Of a DNA stretch of 64,000 nt, positions 9,816-21,001 are shown piece after piece. The translations under genes and the position numbers were made by a program. How positions within the stretch are numbered: position 1 is the first letter of the stretch; the number at the start of each line of letters is the position of its first letter. This DNA comes from Truepera sp. (GTDB lineage: Bacteria; Deinococcota; Deinococci; Deinococcales; Trueperaceae). The notes under the pieces are model-generated. The model worked only from the letters and a program-made list of their open reading frames with translations, was not told the origin of the DNA and searched no databases. The stretch is from assembly GCA_965218435.1 (NCBI GenBank), contig CBDCKW010000009.1:2336001-2400000 (forward strand). The letters run 5' to 3'.

Positions 9816-10357
9816 TCAGCCCTGCCATTCACTTTTGAGCAGGCTGTAAACGAGGTAGTCCACCAAGCCCTCTCGAGTGTAGCCCAGCTGCCGCAGCTTG
9901 CCCTCGAGCGTAAAACCCAGCCGTTCAGGAATTTTACGGCTTCGACGTTCGTTTCAGCGCGGCGTATCTCGACGCGGTTGAGGCTTAGTTCTGCAAGAAG
10001 ATAGCCGCATAGGTGGTGACAAGCCCTCGTCATCACGCCGCGCCCCTCAAATTTCGCGCCGAGCCAGTAGCCGATTTCGGTACAGCGAAACTCTCTAAAA
10101 ATGTAATTGAGCCCGATAACGCCGACTAGCTCACCGTCCGCCCAGATGCCCAGTTGAAACCCGTTGCCTTTGGCGAACTTCTCGAGCCCGCTGTGGATAT
10201 AGGCTTCGATATCTTTGACGGTTTTTGTTCTGTCAACAAACGACATCCAAGCGCCAAGAGAGTCACGGTTTTAATCAACCAGGCTAAATAACGCTTCGGC
10301 GTGGCGCGGCTCAAAAATACGAAGGACTAAACCTTCTTCAACAACTGCCTCAAACAT
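9816..10357 (-). pseudogene. RimL-type GNAT acetyltransferase pseudogene
   Basis: MFEAVVEEGLVLRIFEPRHAEALFSLVD* then two frameshifts; last part reads RKIPERLGFTLEGKLRQ...YSLLKSEWQG*. Confidence 0.85.
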
Positions 10358-10903
10358 CTAGCGCCCTTTCCACTCCTCTTTCAGCAGCCCGTACACCACC
10401 CAATCGCTCCAGCCAGACTCGAGCCTGTCCATCCGCCGGAGCACCCCTTCTTGCTTGAAGCCGAGGCGTTCAGGAACAGCGCGGCTCCGCAGGTTTTGCG
10501 GGGCGCAGCGAATCTCGGCGCGGCCTAAACCGAGTTCACCGAAACAGTAGTCGCACAGTCCTTTTACGGTGCGTGTCGCAAGCCCCTGACCCTGCGCGTC
10601 TTCTGCCAGCCAGTAGCCGAATTCGGTACGTTCGGTGTCCCAGCGGATATAGTGCAAGCCGGTCATCCCGACGAGTTCACCGCGCACGAAGATACCAGCC
10701 TGAAAGCCGTCGTGACGGGTGAACTGCTCGAGCCCCAGTTTGATAAAAGCCTCGGTTTGCGACACCGCGTGCAGTTTGGCGACCCACGGCATAAAAGGGC
10801 GCAGATGCTCACGGTTTGCCACCGTCAGGTCAAAGAGCAGCTGCGCGTGGTGGTGTTCTAAGAGGCGCAGCTCGAGGTCGTCGTCAAGCGTCAGGGCGAA
10901 CAT
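10358..10903 (-). CDS. RimJ/RimL GNAT N-acetyltransferase
   Basis: EFGYWLAEDAQGQGLA, NLRSRAVPERLGFKQEG; start at ATG 10903. Confidence 0.9.
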   Translation of the reverse strand: MFALTLDDDLELRLLEHHHAQLLFDLTVANREHLRPFMPWVAKLHAVSQTEAFIKLGLEQFTRHDGFQAGIFVRGELVGMTGLHYIRWDTERTEFGYWLAEDAQGQGLATRTVKGLCDYCFGELGLGRAEIRCAPQNLRSRAVPERLGFKQEGVLRRMDRLESGWSDWVVYGLLKEEWKGR

Positions 10904-11303
10904 CTTGCTCCCAGGTCTCGAGGCGCAAGCCTTCGATACGTTCAAAGTGTCTGAGGTTGCGGGTTACTAAAACTGCGTCGTTGGCGGTAGCAATGGCAGC
11001 CATAAAAATATCGGCGTCTTCAAGAAATGCACCATCAGCACGGAGGGTTTGGTAAGTACTGACAGCTATGTCTAAAACTTCTGTGTCCATCGGTAGCGAC
11101 TTATAACGAGTTAAAAACGCCTCAAACTGTCGTAGCCGCCGCGCGAAACGTGGCAGCACAAGACCTCTTTTCAACTCATAGTAGCTAACAGCGTTTAAGG
11201 TTAGTGTGTGCCTTTCAGAGAGTGCCTTTTCAAACCGTTCGCCGACTCCTCCGCGTCCCAAGAACAGAGCAGTGAGGGCGTTTATATCAAGAGTGTAGGT
11301 CAC
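10884..11303 (-). CDS. vapC: VapC/PIN toxin
   Basis: LDINAL...SYYELKRG...DADIFMAA...LVTRNLRHF. Confidence 0.9.
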   Translation of the reverse strand: MTYTLDINALTALFLGRGGVGERFEKALSERHTLTLNAVSYYELKRGLVLPRFARRLRQFEAFLTRYKSLPMDTEVLDIAVSTYQTLRADGAFLEDADIFMAAIATANDAVLVTRNLRHFERIEGLRLETWEQDVRPDA

Positions 11304-11533
11304 GGCTCTAGGTCAAGCTCACGTGCTCCAAAAAAAGGCCGCCGCTTGGTCGCCTCCTCAAACGCAGCCACGTCCTCGGGTTCAGTGATAACACCGACAA
11401 TTCCGCGCAAAGCCTCGAGCTGCCGCTTGATTCGCGCCTGAGTTGCACGACTTTGAAGGTCTTTTTCGATTTCTAGAAGCTCAGCTTCGTCAAGCTCTCC
11501 CAACTGTTCAATCACACGTTCTTTTACAGTCAT
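11300..11533 (-). CDS. Putative antitoxin of the adjacent PIN toxin
   Basis: 77 aa, stop overlaps PIN start (GTGA). Confidence 0.7.
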   Translation of the reverse strand: MTVKERVIEQLGELDEAELLEIEKDLQSRATQARIKRQLEALRGIVGVITEPEDVAAFEEATKRRPFFGARELDLEP

Positions 11534-11546
11534 TTACCGCACTCCT

Positions 11547-12536
11547 CTAAGCCAAAGGTTGCCGGTACAAAGCCGCGTAACGCCCGGTGACGTAGTGCTC
11601 CAACTGCCGCTCAATATCCCCCAGCAAACTGCTCGCCCCAAACCTGAAAAGTTCGGGCTCCAACCACGGTCGCCCCAGCTCTTCTTTCATGAGCGTAAGC
11701 CACAGAAGCGCCTCTTTTGCCGTTTTGATCCCGCCCGCAGGCTTAAAGCCGATGTAAAACCCGGTGCGCTCAACATACTCGCGCAGCGCCCGCACCATGA
11801 CCAAACTGACCGTCGGCGTCGCATTTTCGGCTTCTTTCCCGGTTGAGGTTTTGATAAAGTCGGCTCCGGCCATCATCGCCACTAAAGAGGCTTTGTAGAC
11901 GTTTCTGAGTGTGCCAAGTTCGCCGGTCGCCAAAATCGCTTTAAGGTGCGCGTCGCCGCAGGTGTCACGAAAGAGTCTTACTTCGTCGTAAAGGGCTGCC
12001 CAATTGCTGGTCAAGACGTGCTCGCGGGTAATCACGATGTCAATCTCGGCGGCACCTTCAGAGACGGCGTAGCGGATTTCATCTAAGCGTTGCGGCAAGG
12101 GCGTCAGGCCCGCCGGGAAACCGGTCGCCACCGACGCGACCGGGATATTTGAACCCTCCAAGGCCCGCACCGCGTAGGGCACCATCGTCGGATAGACGCA
12201 GACCGCGCCGACAGTTAGCCCAGCGTCTGCCATGCCCAGAGCTGCCAAAATGTCTTGCCGCACGGGTTGTTTGGCCTTCGCACAGAGCCGCTCCACGCGG
12301 CCACGAGTGTCGTCTCCGGCGAGGGTGGTGAGGTCAATACAGCTTACGGCTTTTAAGAGCCACGCGGCCTGAAACGCCTTTTTAACCGTCCGCCGCCCCG
12401 GAAGGGTACTTGCACGGCGCTCGGCGGCGCTGCGGTTGACCTGTACGCTTTCCAACCAGCCCAGCTCGAGCCCCATCCCTAAGTTGCGCGGGTGCTGAAC
12501 AGTTTCAGCTTCTCTAATGTCTAATTGAACCGCCAC
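11547..12536 (-). CDS. deoC: Deoxyribose-phosphate aldolase (long type)
   Basis: IDLTTL, VATGFPAG, GADFIKTSTGK, GFKPAGGI, RFGASSLL. Confidence 0.95.
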   Translation of the reverse strand: MAVQLDIREAETVQHPRNLGMGLELGWLESVQVNRSAAERRASTLPGRRTVKKAFQAAWLLKAVSCIDLTTLAGDDTRGRVERLCAKAKQPVRQDILAALGMADAGLTVGAVCVYPTMVPYAVRALEGSNIPVASVATGFPAGLTPLPQRLDEIRYAVSEGAAEIDIVITREHVLTSNWAALYDEVRLFRDTCGDAHLKAILATGELGTLRNVYKASLVAMMAGADFIKTSTGKEAENATPTVSLVMVRALREYVERTGFYIGFKPAGGIKTAKEALLWLTLMKEELGRPWLEPELFRFGASSLLGDIERQLEHYVTGRYAALYRQPLA

Positions 12537-12632
12537 GATGGTCTCCTCTATGTCTCTTCGAGTGCTCGAAAGCCTTAACGCTCCTGATTTGACCTACAGT
12601 CTAGCGCAGCCGGGGCGCGCTAATCTAAGGGG

Positions 12633-12938
12633 ATGCGTCACCTCGTCCGCACCCCGCACGGCGTCTGCGTCGTCAACTTAGACCGTGAAAGTCTGGACTT
12701 GGGGGAGCGCGGCGGCTTCGAGGCGCACTGGGCTGAAGCTAAAGAGCTAGAAGCCGACGAAGTTCTGGGGGAAGACGCGTACCGCAAAGTTGTCAAAGCT
12801 TATCTTGCAAAAATCTACCTCGAGCAGCACGGTAAGGACCCGGGTAACGTCACGCTCAACCTGGCGAGCCATCAGCTGCTCGACGACCTGAACGGCTGGA
12901 CGAAACTCAACTGGCGTCCAAACCGCCAGCCGTTTTAG
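12633..12938 (+). CDS. Hypothetical protein
   Basis: 101 aa ORF with typical codon use; TAATCT-N6-ATG leaderless promoter. Confidence 0.65.
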   Translation: MRHLVRTPHGVCVVNLDRESLDLGERGGFEAHWAEAKELEADEVLGEDAYRKVVKAYLAKIYLEQHGKDPGNVTLNLASHQLLDDLNGWTKLNWRPNRQPF

Positions 12939-13468
12939 CTGCCTGTGGTTCCGCTATTTGTTAGGGGCACGACCTTTTAACTTTAGACCTTTTAAGACGC
13001 GGTGTCCAGCGGTTAAAAGCTGTGTCTCTTGGCCTAAAAACCCTCGCGGCAAGACTCCCGGCTCCGGTCTACACTGCTTAAGTGAAGGAGGTGGAGGTAT
13101 CCAAAAGTCCACACTTCAAGGCTGCGGCTTCTAGCGCCACTCTAGGCTCGAGCGTGTATCCTTTACCCATATAGGTAGCTTCAGAGGGGAACCGACAGAG
13201 CAACATAAGGCCGAAGAAGCGCGCAGCTTATCTTATGCACGCGTGGTGACCTGAGCTGGTAGAAGATATTGACCCACCTGACAGCGTAGGTATAGCTAAA
13301 AAACAGCCGAGCTGTCTCGAGCTTTATGGTGTCTTAGACAAACGAGACGCTGTTTGCTGAGTTTTCTAACCAACGAGAGACACGTCTATATTTTTTGTAA
13401 GCCGACGCTTTCTGGATTATTCCTTACAAGTAGAACACTGTGACTTTCCTGGCTGGTTCTAAAACCGG

Positions 13469-14371
13469 TCATGAGCGGGACGCCCCCGGCGACGCCCGAA
13501 CGACGATAGCCCGCTCCTGTGTATCACGAACGGCGCGGCAGAGCGCCGCACCGAAAAAAAAGAGCTGCGCCGAATAGTAGACCCACAGCAAAAAAACGAC
13601 TAAAGAACCTGCCGCGCCGTAGGCGCTACTTAACGCACTTTCGGCGATATAAGTCCCTAGAAGCCAGCGGCCCACCGTAAATAAAAAGGCCGTAAAGAGC
13701 GCGCCGAACCAGGTGTCGCGCCAGCGCACGCGGGTCGCGGGCAGATATTTGTAGAGCAGCACCAAAAAAAGAAACAGCAGGATAAAACCGGAGAGCGTCT
13801 CGAGCCACCCCAGCAGCACGACCGGGACCTGATGGTCTTGCAGGTACGCGCGGCTCGCGGCGATATAGGTGCGCAGGCTCAGACTACCGACGACGAGGAC
13901 ACCGCTACCCAGTACCAGACCGACCGAAATAAGCCGATTTTTAAGAAATGTCAGGATGCCTTCACGCCTGCTTGCGGGCGCTCTGACGCCCCAGATGATG
14001 TTCATCGCCGCGCGCAGCTCAACTAGGACCAGCGACGCACCGAACAGTAAGACACCTAGCCCCACCGCCGAGGTGATAATCCCGGTACTCGTTTGATAGG
14101 CCCGAAACGCATTTTTGAAAAGGCTCCGCAACACGCCGACGACCTGGTCACTCTCCGGCCCGAGCGCCCGCGTGACCTGTTCTAAAATACCCTGCTGCAC
14201 CTCGGCGCGGCTTAAAAACAGGCTCGTGACCCCGACCGCGACGATTAAGAGAGGTGCCAAGGACAAGACCGTGTAAAACGCCAACGCCGCACCTAACCGA
14301 GGGGCGCTGTGAAGTTGCCAGAGCAGCCCCGCCTTGCCAAAAATCCGAACGATTCGCCTGCGCCTCGCCAC
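13469..14371 (-). CDS. YihY/BrkB family membrane protein
   Basis: AALAFYTVLSLAPLL, LYKYLP, YGAAGSLVVFLLWVYYSAQLFFFGA. Confidence 0.92.
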   Translation of the reverse strand: MARRRRIVRIFGKAGLLWQLHSAPRLGAALAFYTVLSLAPLLIVAVGVTSLFLSRAEVQQGILEQVTRALGPESDQVVGVLRSLFKNAFRAYQTSTGIITSAVGLGVLLFGASLVLVELRAAMNIIWGVRAPASRREGILTFLKNRLISVGLVLGSGVLVVGSLSLRTYIAASRAYLQDHQVPVVLLGWLETLSGFILLFLFLVLLYKYLPATRVRWRDTWFGALFTAFLFTVGRWLLGTYIAESALSSAYGAAGSLVVFLLWVYYSAQLFFFGAALCRAVRDTQERAIVVRASPGASRS

Positions 14372-14592
14372 GTCGCTATTTTATCGCCCTCGGAGAACCC
14401 CTACACCGTGTTAGGCACAGGTTATTTAGTCTGGGTTCTGTTGACGTTCTAACTTTAGCTAGCAGCGTTTCAGCGTGGACGGCAGGCGAAGTGAGAAGTC
14501 AGCATAAAGAATTTAGAAGTTGCTGGCTCAGTCAAAGAAGTAGCGTCTCTCACGCATTGAAGTGACCCTAAGGCACCGATAGCAACACGGCT

Positions 14593-15336
14593 TTAATAAA
14601 CCCCTTTGGTCAGGCCACCGTCAACGAGGAGTGTCTGCCCGGTGATATACGCGGCTCCTGCCGACGCTAGAAACACCGCGGCGGCGGCAACTTCTTCCGG
14701 CGTCGCAAAACGGCCTAGCGGGATGTCTGCCTCGAGCCCCCGCCGCGCTTCGCCGCCGAACAGCTCCTCTGTTCTCGCCGTCGCGGTGTAGCCGGGGGCC
14801 ACATTGTTGACCGTCACGCCGTCCTTACCGACCTCGCCCGCGAGCGTTTTAGCGTAACCGGTCACAGCGGCGCGAAACGCGTTCGAGAGCGTGAGGGTCG
14901 GAACCGGTTCACGGACCGACAAGCTCGTCACGTTGATGATGCGGCCCCAACCCTGTTCGCGCATCGCCGGGAGCGCGTGCTGCACGAGCCGCACGACCGA
15001 CATCAGGGTCAGGTTGTACGCGTCGTCCCAACCGGACAACCCGAGCTGCGTCGGCGTGCCGGACGGTGGCCCCCCGGCGTTCGTAATGAGAATATCAGGT
15101 GCGCCCACCGCCGCGCGCACCTCACCAAAGAGGCGCTCGAGGTCACTCTCAGACGAGACATCAGCGACGAACCCGGTGCCGCCGACCGCAGCCGCGGCCT
15201 CTTTAACCTCTACTGCGGTGCGGGCACAGAGCGCCACCTTGACCCCTTCCGCAGCGAGACCCTCGGCGATAGCGAAGCCGATACCCTTTGAGCCAGCCGT
15301 GACCAGGGCCACCTTACCGTCTAATTGGAGATCCAT
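14593..15336 (-). CDS. SDR family oxidoreductase
   Basis: TAGSKGIG, NAGGPP, YITGQTLLVDGG. Confidence 0.92.
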   Translation of the reverse strand: MDLQLDGKVALVTAGSKGIGFAIAEGLAAEGVKVALCARTAVEVKEAAAAVGGTGFVADVSSESDLERLFGEVRAAVGAPDILITNAGGPPSGTPTQLGLSGWDDAYNLTLMSVVRLVQHALPAMREQGWGRIINVTSLSVREPVPTLTLSNAFRAAVTGYAKTLAGEVGKDGVTVNNVAPGYTATARTEELFGGEARRGLEADIPLGRFATPEEVAAAAVFLASAGAAYITGQTLLVDGGLTKGVY

Positions 15337-15353
15337 CTGCCGAGTATACCCAC

Positions 15354-16409
<1,056 letters not shown>

Positions 16410-16827
16410 TTAGCTCAGCATACCGGCAAGGCGTTGCGAAGATGTACGCTGAGACGCGGCTTTCCCAGCAGGCTAGGCGCAAGCCTCGAGGCAACCTCAG
16501 AGACGAATGACCGCGTTGTTCCAGACCCGTTTCACGCTGTTCAAGCTCTATAACTGTCAAGCGCTGACACGGTTTGCTAGGCCAGAGTCGGTTGTAAAAG
16601 TGCACGGCTTGTAGCGTAGCTATTTTCACTTTTCCCACTTGCGAGCGGGGTGCTAAAGCTGCCACCGCGAGCTAAAGACTGGCGGCGTAGCACGTCAGAG
16701 ACGGCATTTATTACAACGAGTGAACCAGCGTACACAGCGTTTGACCCTCGTCACGCGTTGCTGGTCAGCGCAGCTAAGAATGGTGTTCATCACATCATCT
16801 TCATAGGCCGCCGCTAGACTAAGGACG

Positions 16828-18333
16828 ATGAAGCTCAAGTGCTGTTTTTTGTTCGTCTTGCTGCCCGCGCTGAGCGCCTGCGGCATCCTGGGGGGCGGGG
16901 CCGCTACGCTCTCAGAAAAGTGCTACACCGACCCTCAGCCCACGCCGTCAGCGCAACTCGCCTTGGGCGGTCTGCAAGCGGGTGCAGAGACAAGTTATGT
17001 GCCCGGCAGACTGCTGGTCTCATACCGTGGAGCAGCCGAACTGCACAGTACTAAACAGAGCAGCGCCGAGCAGCAAGGGGATAAGGCGAGCTTGTCCGTT
17101 CAAGAGCTCAAGGTGACGGCCCACAAGGTTCGTCAAAGCTATGACCTGCGCCTTTTGGGGTCGTTAGGGTCTGATGAGGCGGGCAGGAGGGTCGCTGAAC
17201 TCGTCCGCACACCCGCTGGTACCGACCTACAAAAACTCGCTGCAGAGCTTCGCCGCGACCCGCGCGTCGCCTACGCCGAACCCGACTATTACCTCTACCC
17301 GCTCGGTTTGCCCTCGAGCTTGCCAACCATAGCAGCTGCTGGCATCTTACCCAACGACCCGCTCGTGCCAGAACAGTGGCATCTCACGAAATTCGGTTTA
17401 CCCGAAGCGTGGCGGCTCGAGACCGGCCAGAGCAGCGTCGTCTTAGCCGTGCTCGACAGCGGCGTTGACCTCAACCACGAGGACCTTCAAGGGCGTGCGC
17501 TCCCCGGTTGTGACGTCTATAACGAGGATAATGACCCGAACCCCGGCGTACCCTCGCAAATCAGCACCAATCAGCAGCACGGAACTCACGTTGCAGGTAT
17601 CGCGCTAGCAGACGGCAATAACGGTAAGGGCGTCGCGGGCGTCGCCTATACCGGCGTCAGACTTTTGCCGGTTAAGGTGTTTGACGATAACGGCGGCGAC
17701 TCGCAGAAAACTTCGGTGAGCGTCGTCGTTAAGGCGATTCGCTGGGCTGCCGGACTGAACGTCGAAGGGATGAACCGCAATACCAACAAGGCCAACATTA
17801 TCAACTTGAGCCTTGGTGTCAAGGGGCAGATTGACAGCCTCAACCAAGCGGTGCAAGACGCACGTAACGCCGGGGTGCTCGTCGTGGCGGCAGCGGGAAA
17901 TAGCTACAGTACCGACTCTATCTTTACGCCTGCAAACGCGCCGGGTGCGCTCGCCGTCGGTTCCGTTGACGAGAACTACGAACGTTCGGACTATTCGGCC
18001 TATAGCAAGTCGGGCCGCACTGTAGACCTGATGGCCCCCGGCGGCGTGGGTCAAAGCTACTGCGGAGGTGTTTTGAGCACGCTTTCACCCCCCTATGCAG
18101 GCGCGCCTGAAAACAACTACGGTTGCGAAGAGGGAACTTCGATGGCGTCACCTTTTGTCGCGGGCGTCGCCGCCCTTATCTGGAGCCAAAACTCCGGTTT
18201 GAGCGCCGACGAGGTCAAGGCAAAACTTTTGGCCTCAACCGAGTACACGGCTGCAATGAATCCGGCTGAGTACGGCGCGGGCGTCGTCTGCGCGGATAGA
18301 GCCTTAGGTGCGGCGACGCTCTGCGGCAAGTAG
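16828..18333 (+). CDS. S8 subtilisin-family serine protease, lipoprotein
   Basis: LSAC lipobox; triad motifs VLDSG, HGTHVAG, GTSMASP. Confidence 0.95.
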   Translation: MKLKCCFLFVLLPALSACGILGGGAATLSEKCYTDPQPTPSAQLALGGLQAGAETSYVPGRLLVSYRGAAELHSTKQSSAEQQGDKASLSVQELKVTAHKVRQSYDLRLLGSLGSDEAGRRVAELVRTPAGTDLQKLAAELRRDPRVAYAEPDYYLYPLGLPSSLPTIAAAGILPNDPLVPEQWHLTKFGLPEAWRLETGQSSVVLAVLDSGVDLNHEDLQGRALPGCDVYNEDNDPNPGVPSQISTNQQHGTHVAGIALADGNNGKGVAGVAYTGVRLLPVKVFDDNGGDSQKTSVSVVVKAIRWAAGLNVEGMNRNTNKANIINLSLGVKGQIDSLNQAVQDARNAGVLVVAAAGNSYSTDSIFTPANAPGALAVGSVDENYERSDYSAYSKSGRTVDLMAPGGVGQSYCGGVLSTLSPPYAGAPENNYGCEEGTSMASPFVAGVAALIWSQNSGLSADEVKAKLLASTEYTAAMNPAEYGAGVVCADRALGAATLCGK

Positions 18334-18341
18334 GTCAGACG

Positions 18342-18764
18342 TTATTTGAGCAAATGCAAGTAGTCGCCCATATGTCCGACTACGCTCTGCGCTTCTTTAA
18401 CGCTCAACCAGCGGTAAGCGAAGACCGTTCCCTTGTCGAGTTCCCCATCAGTGACGGTGTGGTTCCAAACGTCCGGGACTGCGCCGTCTACGCAGAGCTG
18501 ATAAAAGTAACGGTCGAAGTTGACCTTACCGAAGTGGCCGCGCCAAGTGTCTCGAGCCAAAAAGCGCACTTCAGAAAAAGCCGTAAATCCCGATTCCTCA
18601 ACCGCCTCGCATAAAGGTCCAACCTCGGGCGTCTCATCCGGTTCTATGGTTCCGCCAGCAACCTGAGTCCCGAGCGTCATGGTCTCATCAGGATGACGGA
18701 ATACAGCGACTTGTAGCTGAGCGTCCTTTACGCGGGTGAGGTAGAGATAAGCGCGGCGGTGCAA
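18342..18764 (-). CDS. NUDIX hydrolase (degenerate box)
   Basis: GGTIEPDETPEVGPLCEAVEESG. Confidence 0.75.
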   Translation of the reverse strand: MHRRAYLYLTRVKDAQLQVAVFRHPDETMTLGTQVAGGTIEPDETPEVGPLCEAVEESGFTAFSEVRFLARDTWRGHFGKVNFDRYFYQLCVDGAVPDVWNHTVTDGELDKGTVFAYRWLSVKEAQSVVGHMGDYLHLLK

Positions 18765-18767
18765 AGG

Positions 18768-19610
18768 TTACTTACTGCTCTCGTCCCCAGTCGCCACCGG
18801 ATTTTCGTCATGACTGCTCCAGTCGCTCCACGACCCGACGTAAAGCCTTGCCCCTTTAAGCTGCGCCTCTTCTAACGCGAGCGCGTTGTGCGCCGCCGAT
18901 ACCCCTGAACCACAGTACAAAATAATTTCGTCAGCGTCTTCAGCTTCAGCAAAACGCGCTTTTAGCGCCTCCGGAGATTTGAAACAGCCGTGCTCGAGGT
19001 TATCCGTAAACGGTTTGTTGATCGCGCCGGGGATGTGTCCGGCTTTCTTGTCGAGCGGCTCACTTTCGCCGCGATAACGTTCGGGCGCACGGGCGTCAAA
19101 GAGCTTGACGCGGCTGTCGCCCAGTTTGGCTAAAACTTCGTTCATGGTCGCGGTCAGGTGCGGGCGCAGATGCAGGGTCAAAGGGCGCGGTTCGGCGCTG
19201 GGCAACGCTTGCGTAACGGGTAGCCCCGCCGCCGTCCACGCCGAGTAGCCGCCGTCTAACACCCGTGCGTCGTCAAACCCGGCGTAGCGGAGAAGCCACC
19301 AGAGCCGCGCAGCGAACATCCCGCTCGAGTCGTCGTACACCACGACCTTGGCACCGTCGCCGACGCCGTGCATTTGTAAGGTGCTGGCAAAGGCGAACAT
19401 ATCGGGTAGGGGGTGCCGCCCCCCCTTGGCCCCTTTAGGCCCCGAGAGGTCGTCCTCGAGACTCAAAAAAACTGCGCCGGGTAGATGGTTCTCGTCATAA
19501 AGCTTGCGTCCGGCGTCGTGGTCACTTAAGGATGCCCGCACATCAACGGTGCAGAGGTCAGGGTCACCCAAACGCGAATGGAGTTCGGAGGCTGAGATCA
19601 GGTTAGACAT
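18768..19610 (-). CDS. sseA: Two-domain rhodanese / 3-mercaptopyruvate sulfurtransferase
   Basis: GRHPLP, GHIPGA, YCGSGVSA, YVGSWSDW. Confidence 0.92.
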   Translation of the reverse strand: MSNLISASELHSRLGDPDLCTVDVRASLSDHDAGRKLYDENHLPGAVFLSLEDDLSGPKGAKGGRHPLPDMFAFASTLQMHGVGDGAKVVVYDDSSGMFAARLWWLLRYAGFDDARVLDGGYSAWTAAGLPVTQALPSAEPRPLTLHLRPHLTATMNEVLAKLGDSRVKLFDARAPERYRGESEPLDKKAGHIPGAINKPFTDNLEHGCFKSPEALKARFAEAEDADEIILYCGSGVSAAHNALALEEAQLKGARLYVGSWSDWSSHDENPVATGDESSK

Positions 19611-19687
19611 AGGTTCTCCTTTTGAGCTTTCTCCTTTTGACTAGGACCCGCCCCGTAGTCCGTTTAGTTTAGACGCCCAGACCCCAG

Positions 19688-20923
19688 CTACTCAGTTGCC
19701 GGGATACGCTTAAAAAGCCGCGCCGTCACAATAAGTCCAGCTAAAAAGAGCACACTGCCTAGAAAAAAGGGCGCACCCGGCAGCTCAAAGGGGGCTAGCT
19801 CAGAGGTAAAAAAGCTAAATAATCCGGTCGTAAAAATGAGCGGCGCGGCGATGCTGCTCAGTGAAATCAGCGAGGTCAAAGCCCCCTGTACCTTCCCCTG
19901 TTCGTCAGGCGCAACTGAGCCCGCGACCAGCCCCTGCACCGCCGGACCCGCGACGCCGCCGAGCGACCCGGCGACAATCACCGCAATCATCATCCAGCCC
20001 TGCGACGCGAGCCCATAAAACAAAAACGTCAGCGTGGAAAAGGTCAACCCGACCAGAATCGTACGGCGCTCTCCGAGCCAGTTGATCGTTGGCCGAATAA
20101 GGACACCTTGAACAAGCACCGCCATCACCCCGACGAGTCCGAGGGTCAGACCGTTCGCCTGTTCGCCCCAACCGAAGCGGTAGCCCGTATAGAGTACCCA
20201 GACGGTCTCGAGTCCGCGCTGCGCCAGCGAGATAAAGACAAACGCTGCCGCCAACCCCGCCACCAGCGGATACGCGCCGAGCTGACCGAAACTGCCGACC
20301 GGGTTCGCCTTCCGCCAGCTAAACCCGCTCCGGTGCTCCTCGGGCAGCGATTCGGGCAACACGAAAAAGCCGTAAAGCCAGTTTAAGAGCACCAGCACCG
20401 CCGACGCGACGAACGGCAAGCGGATATTGATTCCGCCCAAAACCCCACCCAGCGCCGGGCCGAAGATAAACCCGAGCCCGAAAGCGACCCCGACGAGGCC
20501 GAAGTTCTGCGCTCTCGTCTCTGGCCTCGAGATGTCGGCGATATAGGCGTTGGCAGTGGTGATGCTCGCCCCGGCAACCCCAGCAACGACGCGCCCAACG
20601 ACCAACCAGCCTAGGTTCGGCGCAACGCTCAGAATCAGGTAATCCACACCCAAACCGAAAAGTGAGATGAGCAAAATCGGGCGGCGACCGAACCGGTCAG
20701 ACAGCGCCCCTAAAAGCGGCGCAAAGAAAAACTGCATGAGCGCGTACACGGCAGCGATCAGGCCGAAATAGCGGGCCGCTAAGACGCTGCTGCCGCCTAC
20801 AAATGTTTTGATCAGCTCGGGCAAAATCGGGATGACGATGCCGAGCCCTAAAATGTCCAAGAATAGCGTAATCAGGATAAATACGATCCCAGCCTGACGT
20901 GGTTTTACGGGCGGCTTCACCAA
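19688..20923 (-). CDS. TetA-like MFS (DHA1) transporter
   Basis: LGALSDRFGRRP, AYIADIS, GFIFGPALGG; 12 TM segments. Confidence 0.92.
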   Translation of the reverse strand: MVKPPVKPRQAGIVFILITLFLDILGLGIVIPILPELIKTFVGGSSVLAARYFGLIAAVYALMQFFFAPLLGALSDRFGRRPILLISLFGLGVDYLILSVAPNLGWLVVGRVVAGVAGASITTANAYIADISRPETRAQNFGLVGVAFGLGFIFGPALGGVLGGINIRLPFVASAVLVLLNWLYGFFVLPESLPEEHRSGFSWRKANPVGSFGQLGAYPLVAGLAAAFVFISLAQRGLETVWVLYTGYRFGWGEQANGLTLGLVGVMAVLVQGVLIRPTINWLGERRTILVGLTFSTLTFLFYGLASQGWMMIAVIVAGSLGGVAGPAVQGLVAGSVAPDEQGKVQGALTSLISLSSIAAPLIFTTGLFSFFTSELAPFELPGAPFFLGSVLFLAGLIVTARLFKRIPATE

Positions 20924-21001
20924 ATTCTCCCTCGCTGCAACCGTCTAACTCTAAGCGCCGGACGGTCTTTTCCGCAAGCTGACGCGCGGTATGGTGGGCG
21001 G

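Noticed and set aside
16721..16768. Riboswitch or ncRNA before the S8 protease
   Set aside because: An imperfect hairpin exists but matches no family I recognise, and the protease gene looks leaderless.
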